In this document: one piece after another, positions 1-9,899 of the stretch
How positions within the stretch are numbered: position 1 is the stretch's first letter
How the letters are laid out: each line of letters starts with the position of its first letter
Assembly (NCBI GenBank): GCA_965223545.1
Contig: OZ245006.1
Span: forward strand, 2,720,001-2,784,000
Length of the DNA: 64,000 nucleotides
Origin: Planctomycetota bacterium
GTDB lineage: Bacteria; Planctomycetota; UBA1135; UBA2386
Reading direction: 5' to 3'
Program-made: the position numbers and the translations under genes
Notes under the pieces: generated by a model
The model's database searches: none
Seen by the model: only the letters and a program-made list of their open reading frames with translations
What the model was told of the DNA's origin: nothing

Positions 1-87
1 GCCCTGCGCGGTGAGCGGAGAGACGAGGAGCGCGGCGGCGAAGAGTGCCTTCCGCGAGACGATGCAGGTGGTGTTCGCGCTGGTCAT
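1..87 (-). CDS. 5' end of a secreted protein (runs off the window)
   Basis: ATG at 87 on the minus strand reads MTSANTTCIVSRKALFAAALLVSPLTAQG, a signal peptide ending in A-Q like others in the window; not in the ORF track. Confidence 0.6.
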   Translation of the reverse strand, partial: MTSANTTCIVSRKALFAAALLVSPLTAQG

Positions 88-190
88 GGGTACCTCGAGG
101 TGGTTCGGGCAGGCGCACCCCGCGACGGCCGGCGCCGAACGCCTGCATCCTATCAGCGCGCGGCCGCCCGGCGTGTCGCCAAGTCGGAGG

Positions 191-3064
191 TCAACCGCGA
201 TGGTCGGGATTGGGCAGCTCGACCGAGTGCACGCCCCCGAGCTCGCTGCCCGCACCCGCGGCATCGATGCGAAGGCGGCTTTCGCCACTCCCACCCAACA
301 CGCGCAGCACGTAGTCCCCGGGGCCTTGGTGCTCGAAGCGCACCCGACCGTCCTCGTCGGTGGGTGCGACGTCGATCGGCTCCGGAGAGCCTTCGATCAC
401 CTTCTCCAGCACGACGATGTAGAGCTCGCCGCGCCCACCGCCGATGCCGCGGACGCGTGCCTCGATCGTGCTGCCTGGACGCATCACGACCCGCACCGGG
501 TCAGGACGCAGCAGGTCCGCCGGCAGACTCAGATCGTGCACCGCGACCGCGAAGCCCTTGGCGATGGCGACGATGCGGCCGGACGACGCCGACACGCCCG
601 ATAGCGAGAAGCTGCCGTCTGCCGCGGCAAACGACTGCTCGCTGGCGACGTGGAGCGGCACGCGATCGAACTCGTCGCCGAGATGGAGGTGGGCACCGGC
701 GATCGGCGCACCCTCTTCGTCGACGACCACCCCGCGCACCGTCGCCCCCGGCTCGAGCAACAAGTCGGGCAGGGGCACGGTCTGCCCCGCGGCGACGTCG
801 ACCTCCACGGTGACCGGCTTGAACCCCTCGCACTGCAAGGTGAGCTCCGAACGACCGGCCGGGAACGGCTCGAGCCGGAGCTCGCCGGCCGCGATCTCGA
901 CCCAGCGCGCGCGCACGTTGCGCTGCCGGTCGCAGACCGGGTCACCCGACGCGGGGTCGAGCGAGCGCAGCCGCACGATGCCCCCGGCCACCGGGGTGCG
1001 GTCCGGCAAACCGGCGACGCGCGCCTGCAGGACGCCCGCGGGCACCAGCGGTAGCTCGATACTCAGCTCGCCGGCGAACCGCGCCGGCACGGCGACCACC
1101 TTGCGCACGTTGAAATCGTGCAGCGGAAGGTTGGAGAACACCTCCAGATCGACCGCGCGCTCGGGCACCTGGATCCGGAAGCTGCCGTTCGCGTCGCTGA
1201 TGTGCGTACCGCCGCGCATGCCGCGCACCAAGATCACCGCACCGCTCACCGGCGCACCGTCCGGATCGCGCACTTCACCGCGCACCTCGCGCACCGCCGG
1301 CAGCACCAGGCGGACCTCCTCGACATCGTGCTCGCTGACCGTCGTCGTCTTCTCGGACGACCACAGCGGGCGGTTGGAGTACGAGACCTTGAGCCGGTAC
1401 TCCCCCGCCGGCAATCCCGCCAGCTCGAAGTTGCCTTGCGGCCCGGTGACCGCCTTCTGCATCGAGTGTATCAGGTTGCCGGTGAACACCACCGCGCCGG
1501 CGACGCCGACGCCGCTCGCCGTTGTGACCCGCCCGCGGATGCGGCCGGGGCGCGCCATGCGCACCGGTGGCAGCTCGAGCTCTTGGCCGGGGGCCGCGCC
1601 GGGAAACGGCACTTCGACCGTGGCGAAGCCCTCGCACTCGAAGACGAAGCGCGCCGTCGACACCAGCCCGGGCAGCAGCAACGCGCGCGGCATGCCGCGC
1701 ACCTCGTACTGACCACCCGCGTCGGTCACGGCCAGCAGCGGCATCGGCGCGCGCAGGCCGGTGTCCGGCCGGCGCCACAGCACCCGCACGCCGGCGATCG
1801 GCGCACCCTCGCCGTCGATCACCATCCCGGCGGTCACCGACGCGGGCTCGACCGCGAGCTCGACTTCGGCGACCTCCTGCTCCGGCACCTCGATGCGAGC
1901 ACGCCGGCTGCCCGACCGCGAGAAGCAGAGCGAGCCTTCCAGCAGCTGCAGCTCCGCCTGTCCCACCGAGACCTTGTCCTCGAAGGCGAACGAACCGTCT
2001 TCCGCGACCGCGGCGTAGACCGGCGCGTCGCCCGCCTGCTCGAGCCGCAGCCGCGCACCAGCACCGAGCGGTGCGCCGGTCAGCGCGCCGGTCAACGCCG
2101 TGCGCCCGTACAGCTCGACGGCGACGTCGGCCGCCTCTTCGCTCACCGAAACCAACCGCTGCCGAGTCGAGAAGTCCGCGTGCGAGAACTCGAACACCAT
2201 GTTGCCCACGTCCAGCCCGTCCAGCACAAACCCACCGTCGGCGGCGGTCGTCGTCTCGAACGGTACGAACAACCGCCCGTTCCACGCGTCCGGGTAGGCT
2301 CGCACGGCGACACCGGCCAGCGGACGACCATCGGTCGCCGCGGTCACCACGCCGCCCATCGACAGCGCCGGCCGCGAGCTGAACCGCAGCTGCTCCAGCC
2401 GATCGGTGCCGACGGTCACCGACTCCGACACCGGTCCGTAGCGCGCGTGCCGCGCGGTCAACCGCAGCGGCCCGGCGCGCACGCCTTCGAACTCGAAGCG
2501 GCCGTTGGTGTCGGTGACGGTGCGCAGCGAGCGCTGGTTGCTGGCCGCGGAGGGCTCGAGCACGACGACGCAGCCGACCATCGGCTCCCACTGCGGGCCG
2601 CGCACCAACCCGCGTACACGAAACCCGTACTCCATGCGCACGACCAGCTCCGGGTCGAGCGGGGCTGCGGTCACCTCCGTCCGCGCCAGCCGATCGCCGG
2701 TGACGACCACGCGAAGATCCGGACCGCGCGCCGTGGCAAAGCGAAACCTGCCGTCCGCTTCGGCGACGACGGTCTCCAACAGCTGGGTCTGCAGTGCCGG
2801 CCATGGCGACAGCACGCGCTGCAGCTCGACCCGCACGAACGGCTCCGGCTCACCACCGGGACCGAGAACCCGACCGGACACCGGGTCGGCGGCGGCCACC
2901 GGCTCGACCGGCACCCGCGGCGGCGGCGCCTCGGCCGCCCCGGCCGGCGGCGGCGGCTCGACCGGCAGCGCGGGCCCGGGTTCGGCGGAGCCGCGCACGA
3001 GCCAGGCCGCGACGGCGAGGGCGACGACCACGACCAACAACCCTGCTACAAGACGTCCCGTCAT
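191..3064 (-). CDS. Membrane-anchored protein with multiple carboxypeptidase-regulatory-like (transthyretin-like beta-sandwich) repeats
   Basis: C-terminal part of ORF 191..4579; true start MTGRLVAGLLVVVVALAVAAWL overlaps the kinase stop (ATGA at 3061-3064); repeated G.V.d..G.P.aGa.V and TD..G.F.l.gl motifs. Confidence 0.85.
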   Translation of the reverse strand: MTGRLVAGLLVVVVALAVAAWLVRGSAEPGPALPVEPPPPAGAAEAPPPRVPVEPVAAADPVSGRVLGPGGEPEPFVRVELQRVLSPWPALQTQLLETVVAEADGRFRFATARGPDLRVVVTGDRLARTEVTAAPLDPELVVRMEYGFRVRGLVRGPQWEPMVGCVVVLEPSAASNQRSLRTVTDTNGRFEFEGVRAGPLRLTARHARYGPVSESVTVGTDRLEQLRFSSRPALSMGGVVTAATDGRPLAGVAVRAYPDAWNGRLFVPFETTTAADGGFVLDGLDVGNMVFEFSHADFSTRQRLVSVSEEAADVAVELYGRTALTGALTGAPLGAGARLRLEQAGDAPVYAAVAEDGSFAFEDKVSVGQAELQLLEGSLCFSRSGSRRARIEVPEQEVAEVELAVEPASVTAGMVIDGEGAPIAGVRVLWRRPDTGLRAPMPLLAVTDAGGQYEVRGMPRALLLPGLVSTARFVFECEGFATVEVPFPGAAPGQELELPPVRMARPGRIRGRVTTASGVGVAGAVVFTGNLIHSMQKAVTGPQGNFELAGLPAGEYRLKVSYSNRPLWSSEKTTTVSEHDVEEVRLVLPAVREVRGEVRDPDGAPVSGAVILVRGMRGGTHISDANGSFRIQVPERAVDLEVFSNLPLHDFNVRKVVAVPARFAGELSIELPLVPAGVLQARVAGLPDRTPVAGGIVRLRSLDPASGDPVCDRQRNVRARWVEIAAGELRLEPFPAGRSELTLQCEGFKPVTVEVDVAAGQTVPLPDLLLEPGATVRGVVVDEEGAPIAGAHLHLGDEFDRVPLHVASEQSFAAADGSFSLSGVSASSGRIVAIAKGFAVAVHDLSLPADLLRPDPVRVVMRPGSTIEARVRGIGGGRGELYIVVLEKVIEGSPEPIDVAPTDEDGRVRFEHQGPGDYVLRVLGGSGESRLRIDAAGAGSELGGVHSVELPNPDHRG

Positions 3065-5661
3065 CGCGATTCCTGGCTGAACTGAGCGAGCAGTGCGCTG
3101 CACTGCTCGCGCTGCGCGCTGTCCCGCGGCGATCGATCGATCTCCGCCCGCAGCACGCGGTCGATCTCGCCGCGGGCCCAATCGGCGTCGTGCGCGTTCT
3201 GCAAGAGCTCCACGCCGCACATCCCGGCCTTGACCCAGTCGGTGCCGGCGCGCACCTCGGCCTCGAAGCGGGCCAGCAGCGGCGCCGGCGCGCCCGGCTG
3301 CAGCCGATACCACGCGTCCGCGCTCTGCGACAACGCCTGCAAGTCCGCGGTGACCAGCGCCACCCGCGCGCGCAGCTCCGCACCGGTCGGGCTGTCGCGC
3401 GGCGGATCGAGCTCGGCCAACCGCGTCGCCAGCGCGTCGACGAACGGCGGCCGCGAGTCCAGCTGCATCAACACGCGCAGCAGGTCGAGCCACCCGCGCA
3501 GCTGCACGTCTTGGCCGGCGCCGCGGGCGACGCGCAGCGTCGCCACCGAGAACGCGTTGCTCTGCACCTCGAACACCGTCCGCCAGCTCTGCAACGGCGA
3601 GCGCGGGTGTACGTCTTGCTGGATCGAGCTCATCCGCTCGCGCAGCGCGGCGGCCTGCTGCACGGCGTCGCCGAACGTCATGTCCTGCGCGAGGCCGGCC
3701 AGCTCGGCCTCGAAGCCACTCCAGTGTCCGGTGGCGGGCGCCGGCAGCTCGTCGGGCAGCATGGCGCTCGACCGGAGGTGCAGCTCGCGGCGCACCACGT
3801 AGCTCATCTCGAAGTGCACCAGGTTGCTGCCCGGCCACGGCTGCAACCCGGCGACCGCGCGCAGCAGCACGCCGGCGACCTCGCGCGCGCGCGGCGGCCC
3901 GCCGGCGACGATCGGCTCGAGATCGGCCATCAGCGGGTCCACGCCAGTGACCGGATCCCAGTCGATGATGGCGATCAGCAGCTTGGGGAAGAACGCCGCG
4001 GACCGCACCAGCTCGGCGGCCGACAGGTCGCGGCGCGCCTGGTCGACGTCGCCCACCGCGCGCATCAGGCCGGCGACCGCGCGCCCCACGTAGAGGCGGT
4101 AGAGCCGCAACCACGTGGCGTCGTCGGGCGCCAGGCCGGCGCGCGCCGCCGCGATCGCCGGGTCGTACAGCTGCATGGCGCGATACGCGCGGCCGGTGCG
4201 CAGCAGCTGGGTCGCCGCCGGCAGCGGGTCCGACTCGTAGGCCTCGCGCAGGGTCGAGGTGACCGTGGCCCCGTGGTCGAGCAGCGCGGCCTGCTGTAGG
4301 TGCACCAGCACTTCGTCCGGTCCGACCGGCGAGACGACCTCGACGCCGACCAACCCGGAGAGCAACCCCGGCGGCCCGGCTGCGGGACCCGGCTGCCGCG
4401 CCGCGGCGCTGACCGCGGCCTGCAGGTGGTTGTCGAACAAGAGCGCGTCGCTGCCGCTGCGCACGCGCTGGTTGGCCAAGACCAGACCGAGTGAGAGCAG
4501 GCCGAGAACGCCCGCCACCGCCACCGTCGCCCACAGGTCCGGCCGCTTCTTCACCAAACGCCAGCAGCGCACCCACCACGGCTGCCGGCGGATGCGCACC
4601 GGCTCGCCTTCGGCGACGCGCCGCAGGTCGCGCGCCAGCTCCTCGCCATCCGCGTAGCGATCGCTCGGGTCCTTCTGCAGCAGCTTGTCGACCACCGCCT
4701 CGAGGTCGCGCGGCGCGCGTGGCACGACTTCGCGCAGGCGCTTGGGCCGCCCGTTGAGCAGGGCGTCGAGCATCGACTCGGTGTTGCCGCCGCGCAGCGG
4801 CAGCTCACCGGCGACCGCTTCGAACAGCGTCACGCCCAGCGAGTACAGATCGCCGGACGGAGCCGGCGCGTCGCCCCGAGCCTGCTCGGGCGGGGCGTAC
4901 GCGAGCGTGCCGAGGAAGGCGCCGCCCGCGGTCAGGCTGTGCGACTGCTCGCCGAGCATCTTCGACAGGCCGAAGTCGACCAGCGCGAGAGCGCCGTCGG
5001 GCCCGACCAGCAGATTGCCGGGCTTGACGTCGCGGTGCAGGATCCGGCGCCGGTGTGCGTGGTCGAGCGCCTCGGCGACGCCGGCGAAGCGCGCCGCCGC
5101 CTCGCGCGGCTCGATCCAGCCATCGCCCCGGCGACGGGCCGCCGCGATGTGCTTGTCCAGGCTGACGCCGTGGACCTTCTCCATCGTGAAGAACAGCACG
5201 CCCGAGGTCTCGCCGAAGTCGTAGATCGGCACGATGTGCGCGTGGTGCAAGGACGCCGTGGCGCGCGCCTCGGAGCGAAAGCGCGCGCGCATCGTCGGGT
5301 CGGCGGCGTAGACCGGTGAGAGGACCTTGAGCGCCACCTCGCGCTCCAGCGACTCCTGGAACGCCTCGTACACGGTGCCCATGCCGCCGCGCCCGAGCAG
5401 GCCGCGAATCCGATAGTCACCGAGACGCTCGGGGATGTCGCTGGTCTCGCCGACCAACGAGTCGATGAAGTCGAGCGCGTTGAGGCGGCCGAGCAAGTCC
5501 TCGGCCTCGCCGGTCCGCTCCCCCGCCAACGTCTCGCGCAGCGCCCGGCGCGGCCCCTTCTTGCGGCGCAGGATCTCGGCCATGCGCTCGTCGGCACTGT
5601 CGGCGCCGCCGGCCTCCCGCCGGGCGCCGTCCTCGTGCTCTTCGATCGACGGGCCGTCCAC
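3061..5661 (-). CDS. Hanks-type Ser/Thr protein kinase with TM helix and helical C-terminal domain
   Basis: LGRGGMGTVY, VALKVL, HRDVKPGNLL, DFGL, GTLAYAPPEQ, DLYSLG motifs; TM segment LWATVAVAGVLGLLSLGLVL. Confidence 0.95.
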   Translation of the reverse strand: MDGPSIEEHEDGARREAGGADSADERMAEILRRKKGPRRALRETLAGERTGEAEDLLGRLNALDFIDSLVGETSDIPERLGDYRIRGLLGRGGMGTVYEAFQESLEREVALKVLSPVYAADPTMRARFRSEARATASLHHAHIVPIYDFGETSGVLFFTMEKVHGVSLDKHIAAARRRGDGWIEPREAAARFAGVAEALDHAHRRRILHRDVKPGNLLVGPDGALALVDFGLSKMLGEQSHSLTAGGAFLGTLAYAPPEQARGDAPAPSGDLYSLGVTLFEAVAGELPLRGGNTESMLDALLNGRPKRLREVVPRAPRDLEAVVDKLLQKDPSDRYADGEELARDLRRVAEGEPVRIRRQPWWVRCWRLVKKRPDLWATVAVAGVLGLLSLGLVLANQRVRSGSDALLFDNHLQAAVSAAARQPGPAAGPPGLLSGLVGVEVVSPVGPDEVLVHLQQAALLDHGATVTSTLREAYESDPLPAATQLLRTGRAYRAMQLYDPAIAAARAGLAPDDATWLRLYRLYVGRAVAGLMRAVGDVDQARRDLSAAELVRSAAFFPKLLIAIIDWDPVTGVDPLMADLEPIVAGGPPRAREVAGVLLRAVAGLQPWPGSNLVHFEMSYVVRRELHLRSSAMLPDELPAPATGHWSGFEAELAGLAQDMTFGDAVQQAAALRERMSSIQQDVHPRSPLQSWRTVFEVQSNAFSVATLRVARGAGQDVQLRGWLDLLRVLMQLDSRPPFVDALATRLAELDPPRDSPTGAELRARVALVTADLQALSQSADAWYRLQPGAPAPLLARFEAEVRAGTDWVKAGMCGVELLQNAHDADWARGEIDRVLRAEIDRSPRDSAQREQCSALLAQFSQESR

Positions 5662-5667
5662 GGGGCG

Positions 5668-6228
5668 CTAGAGGCGGAGCTCGGCGCGCAGCTTCTTCAG
5701 CGCCCGACCGAGCAAAAGGTAGACGGCATTCTCGCTCCGACCGAGGCGACTGGCGACCTCCTTCGCCGGCAGGTGCTCGATGCCCGACAGCAGGATCACG
5801 TCGCGGTAGTCCTCCGGCAGCCGCTCGAGCGCCTCTTCGAACAGCGCGAGCCGGTCGCGGCGATCGGCGGCGGTCACCGGGCCCGATCTACGGTCCATCA
5901 GCGGGATCGAGGTGCGCATCGTGCGCTCGCGACGCGGGTCGCGGGCGGCGACCCCGACTTGGTCACGCAACAGCCGGGCCACCTTGCGCTTGGCTAGGGT
6001 CACCAGCCACGCGCCGACCCGCTGCGGGTCGTCCAGGCTCGTCCACGAATGGATGGCCTCGATCGCGACCTCTTGCAGCACGTCCTCGGGATCCATGCGG
6101 GCGCGCAGGTCGGGCCCCATGCGCAGATAGATCACCGACAGCAAGCGCTCGCGATGGCGCTCGAAGGCGACCTCGGGCGTCAGGCCACGAGTGGGGTCGA
6201 CGACGGAGCTGGAGTCGGGGAGCGTCAT
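5668..6228 (-). CDS. ECF RNA polymerase sigma-70 factor (kinase-associated type)
   Basis: Region 2 DPEDVLQEV..AWLVTLA; region 4 LERLPEDYRDVILL..EVASRLGRSENAV; directly upstream of the kinase. Confidence 0.9.
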   Translation of the reverse strand: MTLPDSSSVVDPTRGLTPEVAFERHRERLLSVIYLRMGPDLRARMDPEDVLQEVAIEAIHSWTSLDDPQRVGAWLVTLAKRKVARLLRDQVGVAARDPRRERTMRTSIPLMDRRSGPVTAADRRDRLALFEEALERLPEDYRDVILLSGIEHLPAKEVASRLGRSENAVYLLLGRALKKLRAELRL

Positions 6229-6326
6229 TGGCGCAGTCGAAGCGTCGATCTTAGCGCTTCGCGGCGGGCTTTCTAAGCGCCCCGCTGGCCGCCACGGCAC
6301 CGGGCGCTGCGGCCGGTGACCGCGCT

Positions 6327-6755
6327 TCAGTCGGCGAGCCGCTGCATACCGTCATCGCCGCCCAGGCGCGGCAGCCCCGGCCGCGTCGGGCACCACGGCG
6401 CCGCCCGGTCCGCGTAGACGTGCGCCTGCGGCTCGCGGTCGAGGGGGTCGGCGAGACTGGGCACGGCGACGTGCACCTCGCCCTCCCAGCGCGGCGAGCG
6501 GTAGAACAAGGTGGAGCCGCACGTGCTGCAAAAGCTGCGCGTGGCTCCCGTGTCGGTCTTGTAGTCGACCAAGCAGGAGCCGCCGCCCTCGAGCCACATC
6601 TGCTCCTCGGGCACCCCCGCCCAGGTGACCAGCGGAGCGCCGTGCGCGCGCTGGCAGTTGCGGCAGTGGCAGTGCGCGACGAATCGCGTCGGCAGCGCCA
6701 CCGAGAACTGAACCCGCCCGCAGTAGCACGCGCCGGAGATCGCGTTTGCCTGCAT
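6327..6755 (-). CDS. GFA/CENP-V family protein
   Basis: GACYCG, CHCRNCQR and RSFCSTCGSTL zinc motifs. Confidence 0.9.
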   Translation of the reverse strand: MQANAISGACYCGRVQFSVALPTRFVAHCHCRNCQRAHGAPLVTWAGVPEEQMWLEGGGSCLVDYKTDTGATRSFCSTCGSTLFYRSPRWEGEVHVAVPSLADPLDREPQAHVYADRAAPWCPTRPGLPRLGGDDGMQRLAD

Positions 6756-6812
6756 GCCGACCAGGCTACCACGCCGCGCGATTCTTCTCCCAAGCGGTAT
6801 TCTGCAGCGCAC

Positions 6813-7664
6813 GTGAACTGTGCGCGATGGATCCTGCTCGGCCTGGTCTGCACGGGCTTCGCCGCCTGCAACTCCGACAAGGTGAGCTGGGAGTTCGTCT
6901 CCAGCCCCTCGGGCGGGAGTGCGGGCGGAAGTGCGGGTGGGAGCGCGGTGACCGGCGGCGCGGTGGTGCGCATCACGCAGCAGAGCGCCGGCACGTACAC
7001 CGCCTCGGCCGGCACGCTGATTGCGTCCGGCCTCCGCGGCGGCACCGCCGTCCGCGTCCACCTGGCGACGGAGTGCGACGCCGCGTGGATCGAAGCGCCA
7101 GCGCACGACGAGGTGCTGAGCCCGTCGCTGCCCGGCGGCGCGGTGCGCCTCACCGATGCCGTGGTCACCGCGCCGGGGCGCGGCGCGGCGGTGTGGGACG
7201 TGCGCCTCGCCGACGCACGGCAGGTGCACGCCAACGCGATCGGCAACGGCCGCCTGGTCGTCGCCGCGCGCGGCAACGTCGTCGCGCTCGAACACGGTGG
7301 CGGCATCGCCGTGTTCGAGATGAGCGGCGCGCAGTGGTTGCCCGCGGGCGCCAGCCTCGACCTGAGCGGCACGCACCTCGCCGTCGCCCGCGCCGGCGGC
7401 ACAGCCCAACCGCTGCCCGGCACACCAACGCCGACCGCGGCGCAGCGCCTGCGCCACAACAGCCAGCGCAACTCGGTGCGCATTCTCGGCCCGCGCGGCG
7501 AGCCCCTCGCCGAGCTGCCGGCGGCCGGAGTGCAGCTGCGCGGCGGCGCCAACGGCGCGTTCTTACTGGGCAGCTTCCCCAGCGGCACCGCCGGCAGCAC
7601 GCGGCCGTTCGCGCTGCTGGCGGCGACCGACAACCGCTACCTGTTGCAGATGGTGCAGCAATGA
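6813..7664 (+). CDS. Hypothetical lipoprotein
   Basis: GTG start, hydrophobic stretch with lipobox-like FAAC, Gly/Ser linker; stop overlaps the next ATG. Confidence 0.6.
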   Translation: MNCARWILLGLVCTGFAACNSDKVSWEFVSSPSGGSAGGSAGGSAVTGGAVVRITQQSAGTYTASAGTLIASGLRGGTAVRVHLATECDAAWIEAPAHDEVLSPSLPGGAVRLTDAVVTAPGRGAAVWDVRLADARQVHANAIGNGRLVVAARGNVVALEHGGGIAVFEMSGAQWLPAGASLDLSGTHLAVARAGGTAQPLPGTPTPTAAQRLRHNSQRNSVRILGPRGEPLAELPAAGVQLRGGANGAFLLGSFPSGTAGSTRPFALLAATDNRYLLQMVQQ

Positions 7665-8494
7665 CCGAGATGGAGCCGAACGCACCCTACGTGCACGGCT
7701 ACGGCGACGCGGAGATGCAGCGCCTGACGCGCATGCAAACGCTGGTCAACGACGCCGAGCTCGCGGTGCTCGACCTGACCGGCGTCCGCACCGTCCTCGA
7801 CGTCGGCGCCGGCCTCGGCCAGATGACCCGCGCCATCGCCCACCGGCTCGGCCCCGGCAGCCGCGTCCTCGGCATCGAGCGCGACCCCCGCCAGCGCGCC
7901 GAGGCAGAGCGCCAGGCAGCGGCCGCGGGCGAAGCCGATCTCGTCGAGCTGCGCGCCGGCGATGCCACGGCTCTGCCCCTGAGCGAGGCGGAGCGCGGCA
8001 GCTTCGACCTGGCGCACGCTCGCTTCGTGCTCGAGCACGTGCCGGATCCGGAGGCTGTCGTGTGCGAGATGGTCTCGGCGGTCAAGCCGGGTGGCAGGCT
8101 GGTGCTGATGGACGACGACCACGAGCTGCTGCGCCTGTGGCCCGAACCCGCCGCGGTGCAGCACGCGTGGGAGGTGTACTGGCGCAGCTACGCGCTGCAC
8201 GGCCACGACCCGCTGGTCGGCCGGCGGCTCGGCGCGCTGCTGACCGCCGCCGGTGCGCGGGTCACGCGCGTCACGACAGTGTTCTACGGCGCGTGCCACG
8301 GCATGCCGCAGTTCGATGCGGTGGTCGACAACCTCGCCGGCGTGCTGCGCGGTGCCGCGGGCGGCCTTGCCGAGACCGGGCAGCTGGAGGCGAGCGCGAT
8401 GGACACCGCGCTGGCCGAGCTGCAGGGTTGGCGCGCCGCGAACGACGCCACTGTCTGGTACTCCCTGCCGCTGGCCGAGGGTGTCCGGCGCTGA
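7661..8494 (+). CDS. Class I SAM-dependent methyltransferase
   Basis: YVHGY N-terminus, VLDVGAGLG motif I, SFDLAHARFVLEHVPDP, VKPGGRLV. Confidence 0.9.
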   Translation: MTEMEPNAPYVHGYGDAEMQRLTRMQTLVNDAELAVLDLTGVRTVLDVGAGLGQMTRAIAHRLGPGSRVLGIERDPRQRAEAERQAAAAGEADLVELRAGDATALPLSEAERGSFDLAHARFVLEHVPDPEAVVCEMVSAVKPGGRLVLMDDDHELLRLWPEPAAVQHAWEVYWRSYALHGHDPLVGRRLGALLTAAGARVTRVTTVFYGACHGMPQFDAVVDNLAGVLRGAAGGLAETGQLEASAMDTALAELQGWRAANDATVWYSLPLAEGVRR

Positions 8495-8531
8495 CGTTCG
8501 ATGCAGTGCTACGGCAAGGCGGGGAGAGCCC

Positions 8532-9899
8532 TCACTTGGCTCCCACCACCGCGTCGATGGCATTCGACGTGACGAACCCGAGCGCAAGCGCGGGGTCCGA
8601 GGCGTAGCCCTGCAGGAACATCGACCGACCGACCAGGCTTGGGAGGTTTGCCAGGGGAAGGCTCCACTGGGTGTTGCCCCGCGCATCCGCGCGCCCTGCG
8701 AATGCGAGATCCACGGAAGCGAGCACCTGGCAGGTGCTCGGCGAGAGGGTCAACGGCAGCGTCGCCCCGAGCCATTGGGTCCGGGACACTCCGGCGGTGA
8801 GCGCGACGAATGTGCCGGGGATCGCGCCGCTCAATTGGAGCGTGGCGGGGAATCCGATCCATGGCAGAGAGGTCGCGGTCAGCGCGGGGACTCCCGACGA
8901 GCCGGGACACGGGGAGCCGTAGGGATTGGTGGTCGCCGGCGCGACGGGGCCGTAAGACCAGAGTTCCAACGCCGAGTAAGGCGTGTAAGGACCGGCCAGG
9001 AAGGTCATTGAACGCCGACGGCGGACATCGTACGCAATAGACGGTCCGAAAGGAGCATAGGCGAAAGGAACCTGCGCAGACCTCAGTCGCCAATCGGTGC
9101 CGCCCCACTCCCACGTGTCAGACGACGTTCGGGAATAGTAATAAAACCCACCAAACAATACCACTACCTCTCTGGCGGCGTCCCAAGTCATTGACGTAAT
9201 CCGAGGAGCTGGCGCATTTGATGGAACTGCCTGAATCCAGACCAAGCCATCGTATAGCCATGTGTCGCCAAGATGGCCACTCGAATGCCCCCCAAAGAGC
9301 ACAATACGTCTCCGCACCGGGTCGTAGGCCATCGCTGCGAATGCTCTTGGGCTCGGAGAAACGGGCGTGACCACTTGGATCCAGTTCACCCCGTCCCATT
9401 CCCAAGTATCGCCAAGGATCACCTGTCGCCCCGGAGATCCCGAACGCCGCATTCCACCAAACATGACGACCCGATCTCGCGCAGAATCGTAGGCCATTGC
9501 CGCCCCCTCCCGAGCAGGTCCTGAGACGGCCAACTGACGCCAAGCCACTCCATCCCACGACCAAGTATCGGCAAGCGTCATGCCTGCAGTTGCCCCTCCA
9601 AACAAAAGGATGTCTCTCGCAGAGCCTCGATAACAGTATGCCTGGTTGACTCGACGTCCAGGAGACAAAGGTGGGCTCTGCTTCATCCAGGCCGAACCCT
9701 GGAAGGTCCACGTCTGATCGGAATTCTGCCCCGCACCGTAGAGAAACAGCTGGTCGACCGCATCGTGGTAGACAAGCTGAGGCGGCCAATACGGCGAAGA
9801 CGAAGTCGGAATGACCGTCCAAGAAGTCGACTGCGCGGGAGCGACGGCACTGAGCAGACCGATCACGAGCAAACGACGACCGGCGGTGAGAGCCCTCAC
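8532..9899 (-). CDS. Secreted Kelch-like beta-propeller protein, paralogue 1, with conserved C-terminal domain
   Basis: Repeats of AMAYD..R.R.VLFGG..DTWEWDG..W; GTG start overlaps paralogue 2 stop (GTGA); signal peptide ends VAPA|Q. Confidence 0.85.
   Translation of the reverse strand: MRALTAGRRLLVIGLLSAVAPAQSTSWTVIPTSSSPYWPPQLVYHDAVDQLFLYGAGQNSDQTWTFQGSAWMKQSPPLSPGRRVNQAYCYRGSARDILLFGGATAGMTLADTWSWDGVAWRQLAVSGPAREGAAMAYDSARDRVVMFGGMRRSGSPGRQVILGDTWEWDGVNWIQVVTPVSPSPRAFAAMAYDPVRRRIVLFGGHSSGHLGDTWLYDGLVWIQAVPSNAPAPRITSMTWDAAREVVVLFGGFYYYSRTSSDTWEWGGTDWRLRSAQVPFAYAPFGPSIAYDVRRRRSMTFLAGPYTPYSALELWSYGPVAPATTNPYGSPCPGSSGVPALTATSLPWIGFPATLQLSGAIPGTFVALTAGVSRTQWLGATLPLTLSPSTCQVLASVDLAFAGRADARGNTQWSLPLANLPSLVGRSMFLQGYASDPALALGFVTSNAIDAVVGAK

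Noticed and set aside
3065..4579. N-terminal extension of ORF 191..4579
   Set aside because: Alternative frame inside the kinase; the real start is at 3064.
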